64,000 nucleotides of DNA from Candidatus Poribacteria bacterium (GTDB lineage: Bacteria > Poribacteria > WGA-4E > PCPOR2b), in NCBI GenBank assembly GCA_965208675.1, contig OZ242351.1:1536001-1600000 (forward strand), in the 5' to 3' direction. The notes under the pieces are model-generated. The model was given only the letters and a program-made list of their open reading frames with translations. It ran no database searches and was not told where the DNA came from. A program made the position numbers and the translations under genes. Within the stretch, counting starts at the first letter, position 1. Each line of letters opens with the position of its first letter. Shown here one piece after another: positions 37,697 to 47,187 of the stretch.

Positions 37697-39580
37697 ATGC
37701 TGCTAGAACGAATCATGCTCAAATCCTTTGGGTGTTATGATCGAAAAAATTTCGATTTGAGCGAAGGCATAAACCTGATATTCGGTCCAAATTTCAGCGG
37801 CAAGAGCACACTCGTTAGTGCAATCTTCTTCGCACTGACTGGCAAACCTATTATCCCGCGCGTTAATCCGTCCTCAATGGCACGATCCGGTGCGTCAAGC
37901 GGAACGGCGGGGCTGGGGTTCTGCAATCAAGACCGCCGTTATCGACTCTTTCGTTCGACGAACGGTGACGTTCAAATTCGGTGTCAAGAGAACGGTGAGT
38001 GGCGCATCCAAATAACCGGGAAACGCACGGCGGACTCGGAGCTTCAGCAGATTGTTCATCTGAACCACCACCATCTTTCTGCAGCATCCTTCCTGAGAGA
38101 GGGCGAAATTTTTGAATTCCTGACCCGCATGCCGGCGAGCCGGCGGGATATCCTGTATGCGCTGCTTGGCATCGATCGGCTCATAGAGGTTCGCGAACGG
38201 TTCATTGACGGGCGCCGCCTATCCAAGCGCGAGGAAAAGCGGGTTCAAGAGCATCAACGCAGCCTGCGGATAACGTCTGTCAAGGGGCATGGAGAAGAAA
38301 TTAAGCGGCTTGAAGAGGAACTGAAAGCCCTGGAAGCGCAATATGAAAGCCTAACAAACAAGGCCGCTGAAGACGGCGACGCACTGTTAATCGTTGAACT
38401 AAATCAGACCCGCGACCGGCTCCAGCAGCAGATAGTTGCGATGGGCAAAGAACGCGCTTCAATTCTCGGCGGCTTTACCGATCCCGCGCATCTACACGAA
38501 TCGATCAAGGCGATTGAAACAGCAATTTCAGAGGCGCGGGGATTGGAGGCTGAACGGGAGAAAGCTATTCAGGAGGTAGGCGTCCTAACCAGCCAGATTC
38601 GGACGCTGGACGGGGAATGTGAAACTTTACATCAGTTCATCAATAATCAGCGTGGACACTGTCCGACCTGCCATCAGCCGATACAGCGTGAGACAATTGC
38701 GCACATCGTCGACGAAAAGACTTCCGAACGAGAAAAACATCAGCGCGAACTCGACGCAAAACAGGCAATTCTCAATAAACACACCGATGATGTCAGCGCA
38801 TTGCGTGAACTCGACCAGCGGCGCCAACTATTGTTGAGCAAAGTGGAGATGCTTGAGCGTGTCGAAACTCAGTTTGCGGAGTTGCAGCGCGAGTTCAAAA
38901 CTGTAGCGGATCGGTTGAACGCGTTGGAAACATCTGCTCCGCCGCAGCGGGATACTCCAGTTGAAGCGCAGCCCGATGCGGCGCAGACGGCTGAAAACCG
39001 GCGTCGCATGAAATCAAAAATTGATACATTGCGGGCGTGTCTTAGCAAACTCAACGCAGACGAGGCGGTGTTAGCCCATAAACTCCAAGAACTTCAACGT
39101 GTTCAAACTGAAGCCGACAAGATCCTTCGTACGCGCTTAAGCTTTGAACTCGCTTGCGCGGGCGTGGAGAAAACCATTGAAACACTTCAACAACAGATGC
39201 TGCAACCCGCGGAGGAAGAACTTCAGCGTTGGTTAAAACGCATGAACCTTTTCGAACACGCGAAGGTTGACCTCAAAAGTCAACACCTTCTCCCGTCTCT
39301 AAACATCAATGGTGCGGCACGCGACCTGATGCTGCTCAGCGGCAGCGAAAAGATGATCCTATATCTCTGCTTCAAAGCCGCGCTGTCAACTGTGTTGGGG
39401 GACAACGGCTTTTTTGTCTTCGACGATCCAACCCTGCATTTGGACGAAGAGCGCAAGGACTTGATGATCTCGTTTATTCAACAACTTGCTGGCAATCATC
39501 AGGTCATCGTAACCAGCAACGACACCGCTGTGAGAGATGCACTGACCGATTCACACATCATTGAAACAACCGGTGAATAG
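37697..39580 (+). CDS. Rad50/SbcC-like SMC-family ATPase with zinc hook
   Basis: Walker A GPNFSGKST, coiled coils, central CPTC, signature LSGSE, Walker B/D-loop FFVFDDPTLHLD. Confidence 0.9.
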   Translation: MLLERIMLKSFGCYDRKNFDLSEGINLIFGPNFSGKSTLVSAIFFALTGKPIIPRVNPSSMARSGASSGTAGLGFCNQDRRYRLFRSTNGDVQIRCQENGEWRIQITGKRTADSELQQIVHLNHHHLSAASFLREGEIFEFLTRMPASRRDILYALLGIDRLIEVRERFIDGRRLSKREEKRVQEHQRSLRITSVKGHGEEIKRLEEELKALEAQYESLTNKAAEDGDALLIVELNQTRDRLQQQIVAMGKERASILGGFTDPAHLHESIKAIETAISEARGLEAEREKAIQEVGVLTSQIRTLDGECETLHQFINNQRGHCPTCHQPIQRETIAHIVDEKTSEREKHQRELDAKQAILNKHTDDVSALRELDQRRQLLLSKVEMLERVETQFAELQREFKTVADRLNALETSAPPQRDTPVEAQPDAAQTAENRRRMKSKIDTLRACLSKLNADEAVLAHKLQELQRVQTEADKILRTRLSFELACAGVEKTIETLQQQMLQPAEEELQRWLKRMNLFEHAKVDLKSQHLLPSLNINGAARDLMLLSGSEKMILYLCFKAALSTVLGDNGFFVFDDPTLHLDEERKDLMISFIQQLAGNHQVIVTSNDTAVRDALTDSHIIETTGE

Positions 39581-39639
39581 CGTCCGTGAAGATGTCCTGC
39601 CATACAGCCGTCATATCGTGGAATAATCACCCATCAGCT

Positions 39640-39735
39640 AGTAGGCATACTCCGTATGCCGTAACTCTCACACCCGTGCGGCGATCAGCCTTCAATGCAC
39701 AACGTACAAGTCACGGCACACGGAGTGTGCCCACT
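39640..39735. repeat. inverted REP-like doublet between convergent genes
   Basis: AGTAGGCATACTCCGTATGCCGT (39640-39662) vs reverse complement of 39713-39735 AGTGGGCACACTCCGTGTGCCGT; each unit is itself a hairpin. Confidence 0.7.
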
Positions 39736-39769
39736 ACTTTGCCATGAGCTTAAATTGCTTTAGTCCTCA

Positions 39770-41623
39770 CTATTTCACAATCACCATCCGACGCATCGCG
39801 GAAAAATCACCCGCCCGCAGTTGATAGAAATAGGTACCGCTTGCGACCGCTTCGCCGCGTTCGTTGTGTCCATCCCAATACACCGCATTGCCTTTTTCAG
39901 TATAGAACCCGGCAGTCTGGTGCCCCAAATCGAAATGACGCACCAACACACCGCCAGCATTATAAATGGAAAGCGCGGCATCCGCGTCACGGTCAAGGTG
40001 ATACGGAAGCCATGTCTCCGGATTGAAGGGATTCGGGTAGTTGGGGAGAAGCTGCGTTTTCGCAGGGATTCTGGCGTTGGTTGCCAGCCAATTGCGCAGC
40101 AGGTCCGCACCGATGCGAACTTCCGGCATCACGTCAGATATGCGCTCTAACTCGGTCAAAGCCGACCGCAAACGGCGAAGGCGGTCGGAACCCATCGGCG
40201 TCGTGCGGCAATGGGTGCCCACCCGCTGAATGCTATGGCGTGCCGCACCGTAGCCAAACCTACCGCTTGTGGTGTGGGCGGATGGCGCCGCCGAAACAAT
40301 ACTTGATTGGCCGAATAGGCGCGCCACGCGAACAAGATCAAAAATATCGACCTCGCCATTCCCGTCAATATCTGCCGCAAGTCCTTCACCAGTTTGCCCA
40401 AAACTACCACCGACTTTAACAAGATCGAAGATATCGATTTGCTCATCCCTGTTGATGTCCTCAGGACGAAATTCCACGTATGAAAACGCTATCTTTCCCG
40501 ATTGGCCATCCGGGTTGGTTAGGACAATTTCGACATTCCCAACCGTACTTGCGGGTATAGTGAAGGTGATTTCAGTCGGGGATACATATTTTACGTCCAG
40601 TATCTCAATGCCACCGACAGTAACGCTTGCACCCTCTTGAAAATTCTGTCCGAGTAACTGAACAATTGTGCCTTCGGAAATTATTCCGCTCTCTGATGTG
40701 ACACTGTCAAGGATTGGTGCCGGAATCCTCGCTTCAACCTCAATATTAAATGACACTGACTGTCCGTCCGGATTGGTGAGGACAATTTCAACCGTTCCAA
40801 ACGTGTCCTCGGGGAGTGTGATGCTGAGTTCGGTTGGAGAGATATATTCTACGTCCGATATCTCAATGCCCCAGACGGTAACGCTTGCGCCGTCTTGAAA
40901 ATTCTCGCCGATTAATTGAACCATGGTGCCTTCCGTAATTATTCCGCTCTCTGATGTGACACTGCCAAGGATTGGTGCTGGAATCTTCGCTTCAACCTCA
41001 ATATTAAATGACACTGACTGTCCGTCCGGATTGGTGAGGACAATTTCAACCGTTCCAAACGTGTCCTCGGGAAGTGTGATGCTGAGTTCGGTTGGAGAGA
41101 TATATTCTACGATTGCAACCGTGATATCGTCGATGGTAACGGTCGCGCCCTCTTGAAAATTCTCTCCGAACAATTGGACGGCATCGCCTCCGGAAATCAT
41201 GCCGCTATCCGACGCGACGCTGTCAATGATTGGCGCTGGAACTCCTGATTCAATCTGAATGTCAATCTCTGCGCTGGTTGCTGCGATATCGTCGTCCGTC
41301 ACGATATAGGTTACTTCCGCGAGGGCTTCTCCTTCTTCCAAGACGGCGACTAGTATCTCGTCGCCAGAACCCGCAACATCCTCCTTGAGGTTAAAAAAGA
41401 CAGCCGAATAAATCCCAGGACCATTTTGACCGGTCGGTCCGGTTTGTTCTGGAATAGGTTTTGAGGTGTTTTTAACAGTAACATCAAGCCCATCTATCGG
41501 ATTGCCGTTTGCATCTGTTACCAGAACCTTTACCACAAAGATTTGGGTCGCAAAACTCGTCATCGGTACAACCGCGTATAGCAGAATTATAAACCCTAAA
41601 CAACAAATGGCGGTGCGTTTCAT
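39770..41623 (-). CDS. secreted protein with three IPT/TIG repeats, dockerin-like EF-hand pair and FlgD-Ig/T9SS-type C-terminal domain
   Basis: Signal peptide; GENFQEGATVT...SPTEL...TNPDGQS x3; DINRDEQIDIFDL and DIDGNGEVDIFDL; NYPNPFNPETW...WDGHNERGEAVASGTYFY...RRMVIVK. Confidence 0.88.
   Translation of the reverse strand: MKRTAICCLGFIILLYAVVPMTSFATQIFVVKVLVTDANGNPIDGLDVTVKNTSKPIPEQTGPTGQNGPGIYSAVFFNLKEDVAGSGDEILVAVLEEGEALAEVTYIVTDDDIAATSAEIDIQIESGVPAPIIDSVASDSGMISGGDAVQLFGENFQEGATVTIDDITVAIVEYISPTELSITLPEDTFGTVEIVLTNPDGQSVSFNIEVEAKIPAPILGSVTSESGIITEGTMVQLIGENFQDGASVTVWGIEISDVEYISPTELSITLPEDTFGTVEIVLTNPDGQSVSFNIEVEARIPAPILDSVTSESGIISEGTIVQLLGQNFQEGASVTVGGIEILDVKYVSPTEITFTIPASTVGNVEIVLTNPDGQSGKIAFSYVEFRPEDINRDEQIDIFDLVKVGGSFGQTGEGLAADIDGNGEVDIFDLVRVARLFGQSSIVSAAPSAHTTSGRFGYGAARHSIQRVGTHCRTTPMGSDRLRRLRSALTELERISDVMPEVRIGADLLRNWLATNARIPAKTQLLPNYPNPFNPETWLPYHLDRDADAALSIYNAGGVLVRHFDLGHQTAGFYTEKGNAVYWDGHNERGEAVASGTYFYQLRAGDFSAMRRMVIVK
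40681..41111. repeat. intragenic near-identical tandem duplication, period 258 bp (86 aa)
   Basis: TTATTCCGCTCTCTGATGTGACACTG...GAGAGATATATTCTACG begins at 40681 and again at 40939, with very few mismatches. Confidence 0.88.
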
Positions 41624-41821
41624 GACTCACTCCTTATAATCTCAATTTTTACTCAATCTCTGAACTCGCGCGCAATGCTAGTCGTCAAAAACCTTACCTT
41701 CAAATTACGTCTACAAAATGGGGTGCGTTTCACGATATTCTCCTGTAGCTTTGGGTTGATGCACCAATCGTTAAGCTGACATCCCCATCGCTGCGCTTTT
41801 GCTTAGCCGAACGTGATTCTT

Positions 41822-41858
41822 GAAATCGAGATTTTCCTCGAAAACTCGGTTTCTACAA
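41822..41858. repeat. REP-like palindrome / possible terminator
   Basis: GAAATCGAGATTTTC-ctc-GAAAACTCGGTTTC just downstream of the Ldh_2 gene. Confidence 0.5.
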
Positions 41859-41866
41859 CGGATTGA

Positions 41867-42913
41867 CTAGCTTACCCGCACATTCAAAGATGAGGCGGCT
41901 TCAACAATTGACTCCCAGACATCGTCGGCGATTGGAATTCCCTCGCGTTTACGCTCGGCGCGGGTGCGAGATTCCGGATCGCCGGGCATGAGCACCGCTT
42001 CAAATCCGGGCGCCGGCGCAATATCCCTAATACGATCTCCCATCTCATCCACTTGGGTTGTGAACGCAGCGAACGGGCGGAACAAATCTGCTTTGAGTAC
42101 AATCATCGTCACACCTTGGTGCCCCATTATAGCGCCGCCCCGGCCCGCATCCGTGAACGTATCGCTGCCCGTAAAGATTCTTCCGAGAAACTCCACTGCC
42201 ATCATCAGCGCATAGCCCTTGTGTCCGCCAAACGGCAAATAAGCACCCCCGTCAAAATAGTCGTTTGGATCCGTGCTTGGAACACCGTCTTTGTCAACGA
42301 GGCACCCGGCCGGCAATTGTTCACCCCTACGCCGCGCATCAAGGACTTTAACGCCCGACACGGCAGTCGTGGCGAAGTCGAACATCATCGGCGGCGTTTC
42401 GCCGCCGGGGAAACCCATCGCTAACGGGTTCGTATGCAGCGCCCGCTCTCGTCCGCCGTATGGGGCAGTTGCGGGCACTTCCACACCAAACCCTCCCGCC
42501 CAGAGCATCGAAATCATGCCTTCAGACGCCGCCATCTCCACATAGTGCCCTAGGCGCCCAATGTGGCAGGCTTGCACTAAACCGACGACCGTCACATGAT
42601 GTTCCTTCGCTTTTTCGATTGCGGTCTCCATCGCATACTTAGCCGTGACATGACCGAATGCCCAATTGCCTTTAACCAATGCGCTTGCGGCGGTTTCGTT
42701 TAGGATTTCAGGACGTGCAGTCCCGACAATTTCGCCGGCTTGCATGCCTTTTACATAGAATGGCAAATGCCAGACGCCGTGTGTGTCGACCCCGCTGAGG
42801 TTTGCCGACACAAGGTGTTCCGCAACAATGTCCGCGTTGTGTTCATTCGCACCGCCCTTCAGTAAAATCTCTCTGGCAAGCGCCTGAAGTGCGTCCGCAG
42901 TCTTGACTATCAT
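41867..42913 (-). CDS. Ldh_2 family (malate/L-lactate/ureidoglycolate-type) dehydrogenase
   Basis: GVDTHG, HIGRLGHY, TNPLAMG, DFATT, PFGGHKGYAL, PGDPE. Confidence 0.92.
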   Translation of the reverse strand: MIVKTADALQALAREILLKGGANEHNADIVAEHLVSANLSGVDTHGVWHLPFYVKGMQAGEIVGTARPEILNETAASALVKGNWAFGHVTAKYAMETAIEKAKEHHVTVVGLVQACHIGRLGHYVEMAASEGMISMLWAGGFGVEVPATAPYGGRERALHTNPLAMGFPGGETPPMMFDFATTAVSGVKVLDARRRGEQLPAGCLVDKDGVPSTDPNDYFDGGAYLPFGGHKGYALMMAVEFLGRIFTGSDTFTDAGRGGAIMGHQGVTMIVLKADLFRPFAAFTTQVDEMGDRIRDIAPAPGFEAVLMPGDPESRTRAERKREGIPIADDVWESIVEAASSLNVRVS

Positions 42914-43230
42914 TTATCATTCCCAATAAGTTTGTTTTAGATGTTCACGCGCTGTCCAGCCGTTAGCGCCGCGTCAAACGCCCCGAATTCAGATTGAAAC
43001 CGGTCTGCCAATTTGGTAAAATAGAAATAACGCTGTTCCCAGAAATTGTAAAAACTGTTTCGTTATTTTTGCATGAAAGGCGAATAAAGTCAAGAAGATA
43101 AAGTACGGGCTATTCTGAGGAGGAGATGTTTCGAACGCTTCTTGCGCGGCGTTGACAAAATCGGCTTTCGCCGGCAATTCGCATGGCGCTTCCGTATACC
43201 CTAACGCTGTTTAGGATTTACGCAGAATTT

Positions 43231-43291
43231 GGGCGGGCACAAGACCTGCCCGTTCATTCCCAGTAGGGGCGCCCCTTGTAGTTGCCCCTAC
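43231..43291. repeat. REP-like hairpins
   Basis: GGGCGGG-cacaaga-CCTGCCC and GTAGGGGC-gccccttgtagtt-GCCCCTAC; related to 5425-5450. Confidence 0.55.
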
Positions 43292-43318
43292 TATAATTGT
43301 GAAATTGGGAAGGGAAAA

Positions 43319-44215
43319 ATGGAGAAACGGACTTTAGGAAAAACTGGTCTTGAGGTGAGCCGCCTAGGCTTAGGGCTTGCCTGGATAGGATTTGAGCTGA
43401 CACTGAACGAGACGCGGCAAGCCGGTGAGGTAATTAATACGGCGCTCGACGCCGGTGTTAACCTGCTCGATACCGCCGCCTGTTACGGTATCAGCGAAGA
43501 GCTAATCGGCCGCACGGTTGCGCACCGCCGCCATGAATACTATCTAGCTACCAAATGCGGGCACGGCGGGACGGGTGCGGACTGGTCTGCCGAAACTGTT
43601 AATGAGAACATTGACCGCAGCTTGAAGCGGATGCGGACCGATTACTTGGATATCGTGCAACTGCACTCCTGCGGCGTGCACATTCTTGAGGAGAGCGATG
43701 CCGTGCAGGCGCTATTGGATGCAAAGAAGGCGGGCAAAACGCGATTCATCGGCCACAGCGGGGATAACGAGTCTGCCCGATGGGTCATTGAGAGCGGCTT
43801 GTTCGACACGCTCCAAACCAGTTTCAACCTCATCGACCAACGCGCCCGTACGCGCCTGTTTCCTGCTGCAGAAGCTAACGATATTGGCATCATCATCAAA
43901 CGCCCAATCGCCAATGCCGTGTGGAAGGCAGCCAATAGCCCTAGCGACTATTATGACGGTTACTTTGAACGTGCTAAAATCATGGATGCGATGGGGCCCA
44001 TTCCCGGCGCACCGGAGAACCGTATCTTGCTCCCAATGAGTTTCACGTTCGCCCACGATGTGGTGGACACGGCAATTGTCGGCACCAAAAATCCTGAAAA
44101 TATGCGCCAAAACATCGAGTTGTACAATAGCGGCCTCTCAATCCCACCAGAAGCCGTTGCCGAACTGTACCGCCGCTTCGACCAGGTTGGGAGCGATTGG
44201 CACCAACTCAGTTGA
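43319..44215 (+). CDS. aldo/keto reductase
   Basis: MEKRTLGKTGLEVSRLGLG, DTAACYG.SE, LATKCG, SLKRMRTDYLDIVQLH; ATG 43319 preferred because the ORF-track extension is REP sequence. Confidence 0.93.
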   Translation: MEKRTLGKTGLEVSRLGLGLAWIGFELTLNETRQAGEVINTALDAGVNLLDTAACYGISEELIGRTVAHRRHEYYLATKCGHGGTGADWSAETVNENIDRSLKRMRTDYLDIVQLHSCGVHILEESDAVQALLDAKKAGKTRFIGHSGDNESARWVIESGLFDTLQTSFNLIDQRARTRLFPAAEANDIGIIIKRPIANAVWKAANSPSDYYDGYFERAKIMDAMGPIPGAPENRILLPMSFTFAHDVVDTAIVGTKNPENMRQNIELYNSGLSIPPEAVAELYRRFDQVGSDWHQLS

Positions 44216-44239
44216 TTTTCGTGGGGTGTGGTTACCCCC

Positions 44240-44510
44240 CTGATAAGGCTTACTATTACCCACAAGTCCAGAAACTCGCACGGAGCCACGCTGTGGGAGG
44301 GAAATCCTTCTCCCGATTGTCGAGAATCAAGCGACCGAATAGGGAGCGCGATAGTTTTAAGTGCCTCTCCTACAATGAGAGCGCCCTGCCGGCTCATTCC
44401 ATTAATCATTCCCCTCCTTTCTAAGGAGGGGTTAGGGGAGGTTATAGTTTGGGTTGAGCGCTGTTTCTAGCACCCTCCATTAAGATGTGGGTAATAGCAA
44501 GCTGATAAGG
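44240..44510 (+). mobile_element. MITE-like element, copy 2 (16-bp TIR, 9-bp flanking direct repeat)
   Basis: CTGATAAGG | CTTACTATTACCCACA ... TGTGGGTAATAGCAAG | CTGATAAGG; homologous to 11568..11837. Confidence 0.8.
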
Positions 44511-44612
44511 GATCAACTGAGCGAATAGCGAAGGCGATAGTTTTGGGGTTGACATCTCTTTTTTAATCGAGTTAAAGGTGATGTGTAATCTTTGGTTGCA
44601 GTGACTATAATT

Positions 44613-45833
44613 CTAGTCCACCGGCGATTCCAGTTTACCCAATAGCGTTCGGCGAATGCAGTCGAGCCCTTGAATAGCGAGCCAGCGGCGAATATAGTCG
44701 GTATCCTGATAGTTGCGGCTGCGTTCGAAACGGAATGCGCGCCCCGGCCCCTGCAGAAGGATGTAGGTCGCATTTTCCTCGAATGGTCCCACCACCGCTA
44801 ACCCTAAACCATCGACCGGAGTGACTTGTCTCGTAAGCGAGGATGCGTGTGCTCGAATTTCTGCTTGCGATGATTGTGGATTTACTTCTGACCCCTCCAG
44901 CGCTTCCGCCAAATTTGCGGCAGGCTTTGTGCGTGCGATAGACTCGCCGTACCCGGCTTCGACGAGATCGCTCACCAGTTGGCCGTTAGTAAGCGAATCC
45001 ACAACCCCTAGCTTCAGCTCTCGTTGGTCCAATAATTGCCCCACCACCTCCGGCAACGACTCTCGTCCGACGCCGTAAACCGCGACGCCCAGCCGCTCTC
45101 TAAGCGTAGCCTCCATTTCAGCAATCAGCGCGTCCGCTTCTTCTTCGGTGTCGGCTTTGGCTGCGATTCGCACATCAGTTTGACCCACATGCGCCGCCAA
45201 CCCAACCGTCGGGTTAGCCGAAGTCATCAAATCCCCGATTGCCCGATCCACGTTACTTTCGCCAACAGCACAGGTCCGTATCACGCGCACCTTTGTGACC
45301 TTGCTCCCGCCCATACGCTCAACAAGCAGCGGAACCACCGAATGCTTCAGCACGTATTCAAGCTCGCGCGGCACGCCCGGCAGAGAAATCACACAGCCGC
45401 GTCCGCGCCAATCCTCGCTCAAAAAACACGGTGCAGTCCCAACGGGGTTGGATAACGGCGTCGCACCTTCGGGTATATACGCTTGGCGCTTGTTGTTTTC
45501 CGCCATCTTGCGGCCAAATCGGCGAAACCGTTCCGCGATTTCCGCTTCCAGTTCATCGCTGTAAACGAGTTTGCGCCCTGTGGCATTGGCAGCCGCTTGG
45601 CGCGTGAGGTCATCCACTGTGGGACCGATGCCGCCAGAGGTGATGACAACGTCCGAACGATCCAACGCCCGGTCGAGAATCTCCGTAATGCGCGCCTCAT
45701 TGTCGCCAACGGTAGTCTTGTAATATAAATCGAACCCGATCTCGCGGAGCGCAATGGCTAATCGGTTGGCATTCGTATCGACAATCTCGCCCAGCAGCAG
45801 TTCAGTGCCAATCATCACAATTTCCGCGTGCAT
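44613..45833 (-). CDS. cinA: CinA family protein (MocF-like N-domain; degenerate C-terminal PncC-like domain)
   Basis: IGTELLLGEIVDTN, VGDN, SGGIGPTVDDLT, NPVGTAP, LPGVPREL. Confidence 0.88.
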   Translation of the reverse strand: MHAEIVMIGTELLLGEIVDTNANRLAIALREIGFDLYYKTTVGDNEARITEILDRALDRSDVVITSGGIGPTVDDLTRQAAANATGRKLVYSDELEAEIAERFRRFGRKMAENNKRQAYIPEGATPLSNPVGTAPCFLSEDWRGRGCVISLPGVPRELEYVLKHSVVPLLVERMGGSKVTKVRVIRTCAVGESNVDRAIGDLMTSANPTVGLAAHVGQTDVRIAAKADTEEEADALIAEMEATLRERLGVAVYGVGRESLPEVVGQLLDQRELKLGVVDSLTNGQLVSDLVEAGYGESIARTKPAANLAEALEGSEVNPQSSQAEIRAHASSLTRQVTPVDGLGLAVVGPFEENATYILLQGPGRAFRFERSRNYQDTDYIRRWLAIQGLDCIRRTLLGKLESPVD

Positions 45834-45939
45834 CCGCTTTTCGATTCCCCCTCCGTTTTCTCTAAGTTCATTTCTGCAGATTGCATCACGGTTATATCAC
45901 AGTTACGAAACTATAGTCAAGGATTAAGCCAAATATGTG

Positions 45940-45968
45940 TTGACATCATCCGGGTATACGCATAAAAT
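45940..45968 (+). promoter_or_regulatory. sigma70 promoter
   Basis: TTGACA-N17-TAAAAT. Confidence 0.7.
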
Positions 45969-46083
45969 TGGAGCATTAAACCTCCTACTGTTTGGGAGGA
46001 ACATCCCTGTCCCGATAATCGAGTGAAGAACGCGTATAACAGACATTTTCAATACATATCTGACATCGCGCTAGTCTGCAAAT

Positions 46084-46108
46084 AAAGCCAACCTTTGGGC
46101 TTTTTTTT
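46084..46108 (+). terminator. terminator-like hairpin in a 5' leader
   Basis: AAAGCC-aacctttg-GGCTTT extending into a T8 run, about 20 nt before the SD of the next gene. Confidence 0.45.
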
Positions 46109-46141
46109 ACACGAGCCACTATTTATGACAGGAGGTTTATC

Positions 46142-46525
46142 ATGCGGCATCGCCCGTATCCAATGGCTGACGGTGTGAGAAGCATTGCGCTCGGCATCAT
46201 TTTCAGCCTTCTGACTTGCGGAATTTATTCCCTGTATTGGCAGTACAAACAGATGGTAACGCTCAACGCGTGGTTAGGGCGGAACGATTACCGATTTTGG
46301 CTTTGGCTTTTCCTCAGCATCCTGACGTGCGGTATTTTTAGCTTCTACTATGAATACAAAATGGCCGTAGGAATCAACGAAATTCAGACTAATAGCGGGC
46401 TGCTCGTGAGCAGTTATTTAGCGGTAACATGCGTCTTGCTCGCAATTTTTGGGGTCGGCATCGCATCCCTCGCCATCCAGCAGTGGGAAATCAACAAATT
46501 CTACAATGCGCACGACGACGTTTAA
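46142..46525 (+). CDS. DUF4234-type small membrane protein
   Basis: Repeated LTCGIYSLYWQYK / LTCGIFSFYYEYK, QQWEIN; SD AGGAGG. Confidence 0.82.
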   Translation: MRHRPYPMADGVRSIALGIIFSLLTCGIYSLYWQYKQMVTLNAWLGRNDYRFWLWLFLSILTCGIFSFYYEYKMAVGINEIQTNSGLLVSSYLAVTCVLLAIFGVGIASLAIQQWEINKFYNAHDDV

Positions 46526-46895
46526 TCACATTCATCTTGCGCGGGTTTTCCTAATCGGACTTGCTCTCGTCGGCATATACTCCGCATGGTCGGGTATATC
46601 GCCCGATAAGATGACGCTGATTCCGTGCTTATTTCGCGTCATCACGGATATATCGTGTCCCGGCTGCGGTATGACGCGCGCCTGTGTCTCGCTTGCACAG
46701 GGAAACATTACTGCAGCTTGGCATTTCCATCCGTTTGTATTTTTTGTTGTTCCGTTAGCCCTCGGTATCTCATGCGCTCCGATCCGCCTTCGAGATAATT
46801 GGCAAAGGCTCTCCGCACCCATCCGAAATTCGCTTGCTTGCATTGGTACCGCTCTCGTGCTAGGCGCCTGGATCTTTCGGTTAATCCAATTATAG
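46506..46895 (+). CDS. DUF2752-type membrane protein
   Basis: CLFRVITDISCPGCGMTRA, AAWHFHP; ATG 46506 overlaps the upstream gene. Confidence 0.85.
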   Translation: MRTTTFNHIHLARVFLIGLALVGIYSAWSGISPDKMTLIPCLFRVITDISCPGCGMTRACVSLAQGNITAAWHFHPFVFFVVPLALGISCAPIRLRDNWQRLSAPIRNSLACIGTALVLGAWIFRLIQL

Positions 46896-46923
46896 TAATG
46901 TCACGCTTTATGCAGAAACCGAC

Positions 46924-46977
46924 GGTTGGGTAGCGTGGGTATGGTGTAACAGATGAAGCATTCCGCTCTACCCAACC
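46924..46977. repeat. REP-like inverted repeat
   Basis: GGTTGGGTAG ... CTACCCAACC. Confidence 0.55.
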
Positions 46978-47187
46978 TACATCATTTGGACAGTAAAGCT
47001 TGACCGACTGGTCGTTTTGTGGGACCATTGGAATGCTCAAAGTTAATTGCGGCGGCACGTAACCAATCGGCGGGTAGACACAAGGTCCTCATTTCAGAGG
47101 GTTAAAGATGCTATACACGCAACACCTGAAATTCAAGCTGATTCATGCGGGAATCGGATTTTTGTTGCCAGAGGGGAGATAGCATCG

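Noticed and set aside
37697-39580. Calling the ATPase a Wadjet/MukB or complete Lamassu system
   Set aside because: It has a zinc hook rather than an SMC hinge, and no kleisin, KITE, nuclease or effector gene is adjacent; kept only as an orphan Rad50-like finding.
40681-41111. CRISPR array or DGR template/variable repeat pair
   Set aside because: In-frame 258-bp domain duplication with no spacers, no evident adenine-specific mismatch pattern and no cas or reverse transcriptase gene in the window.
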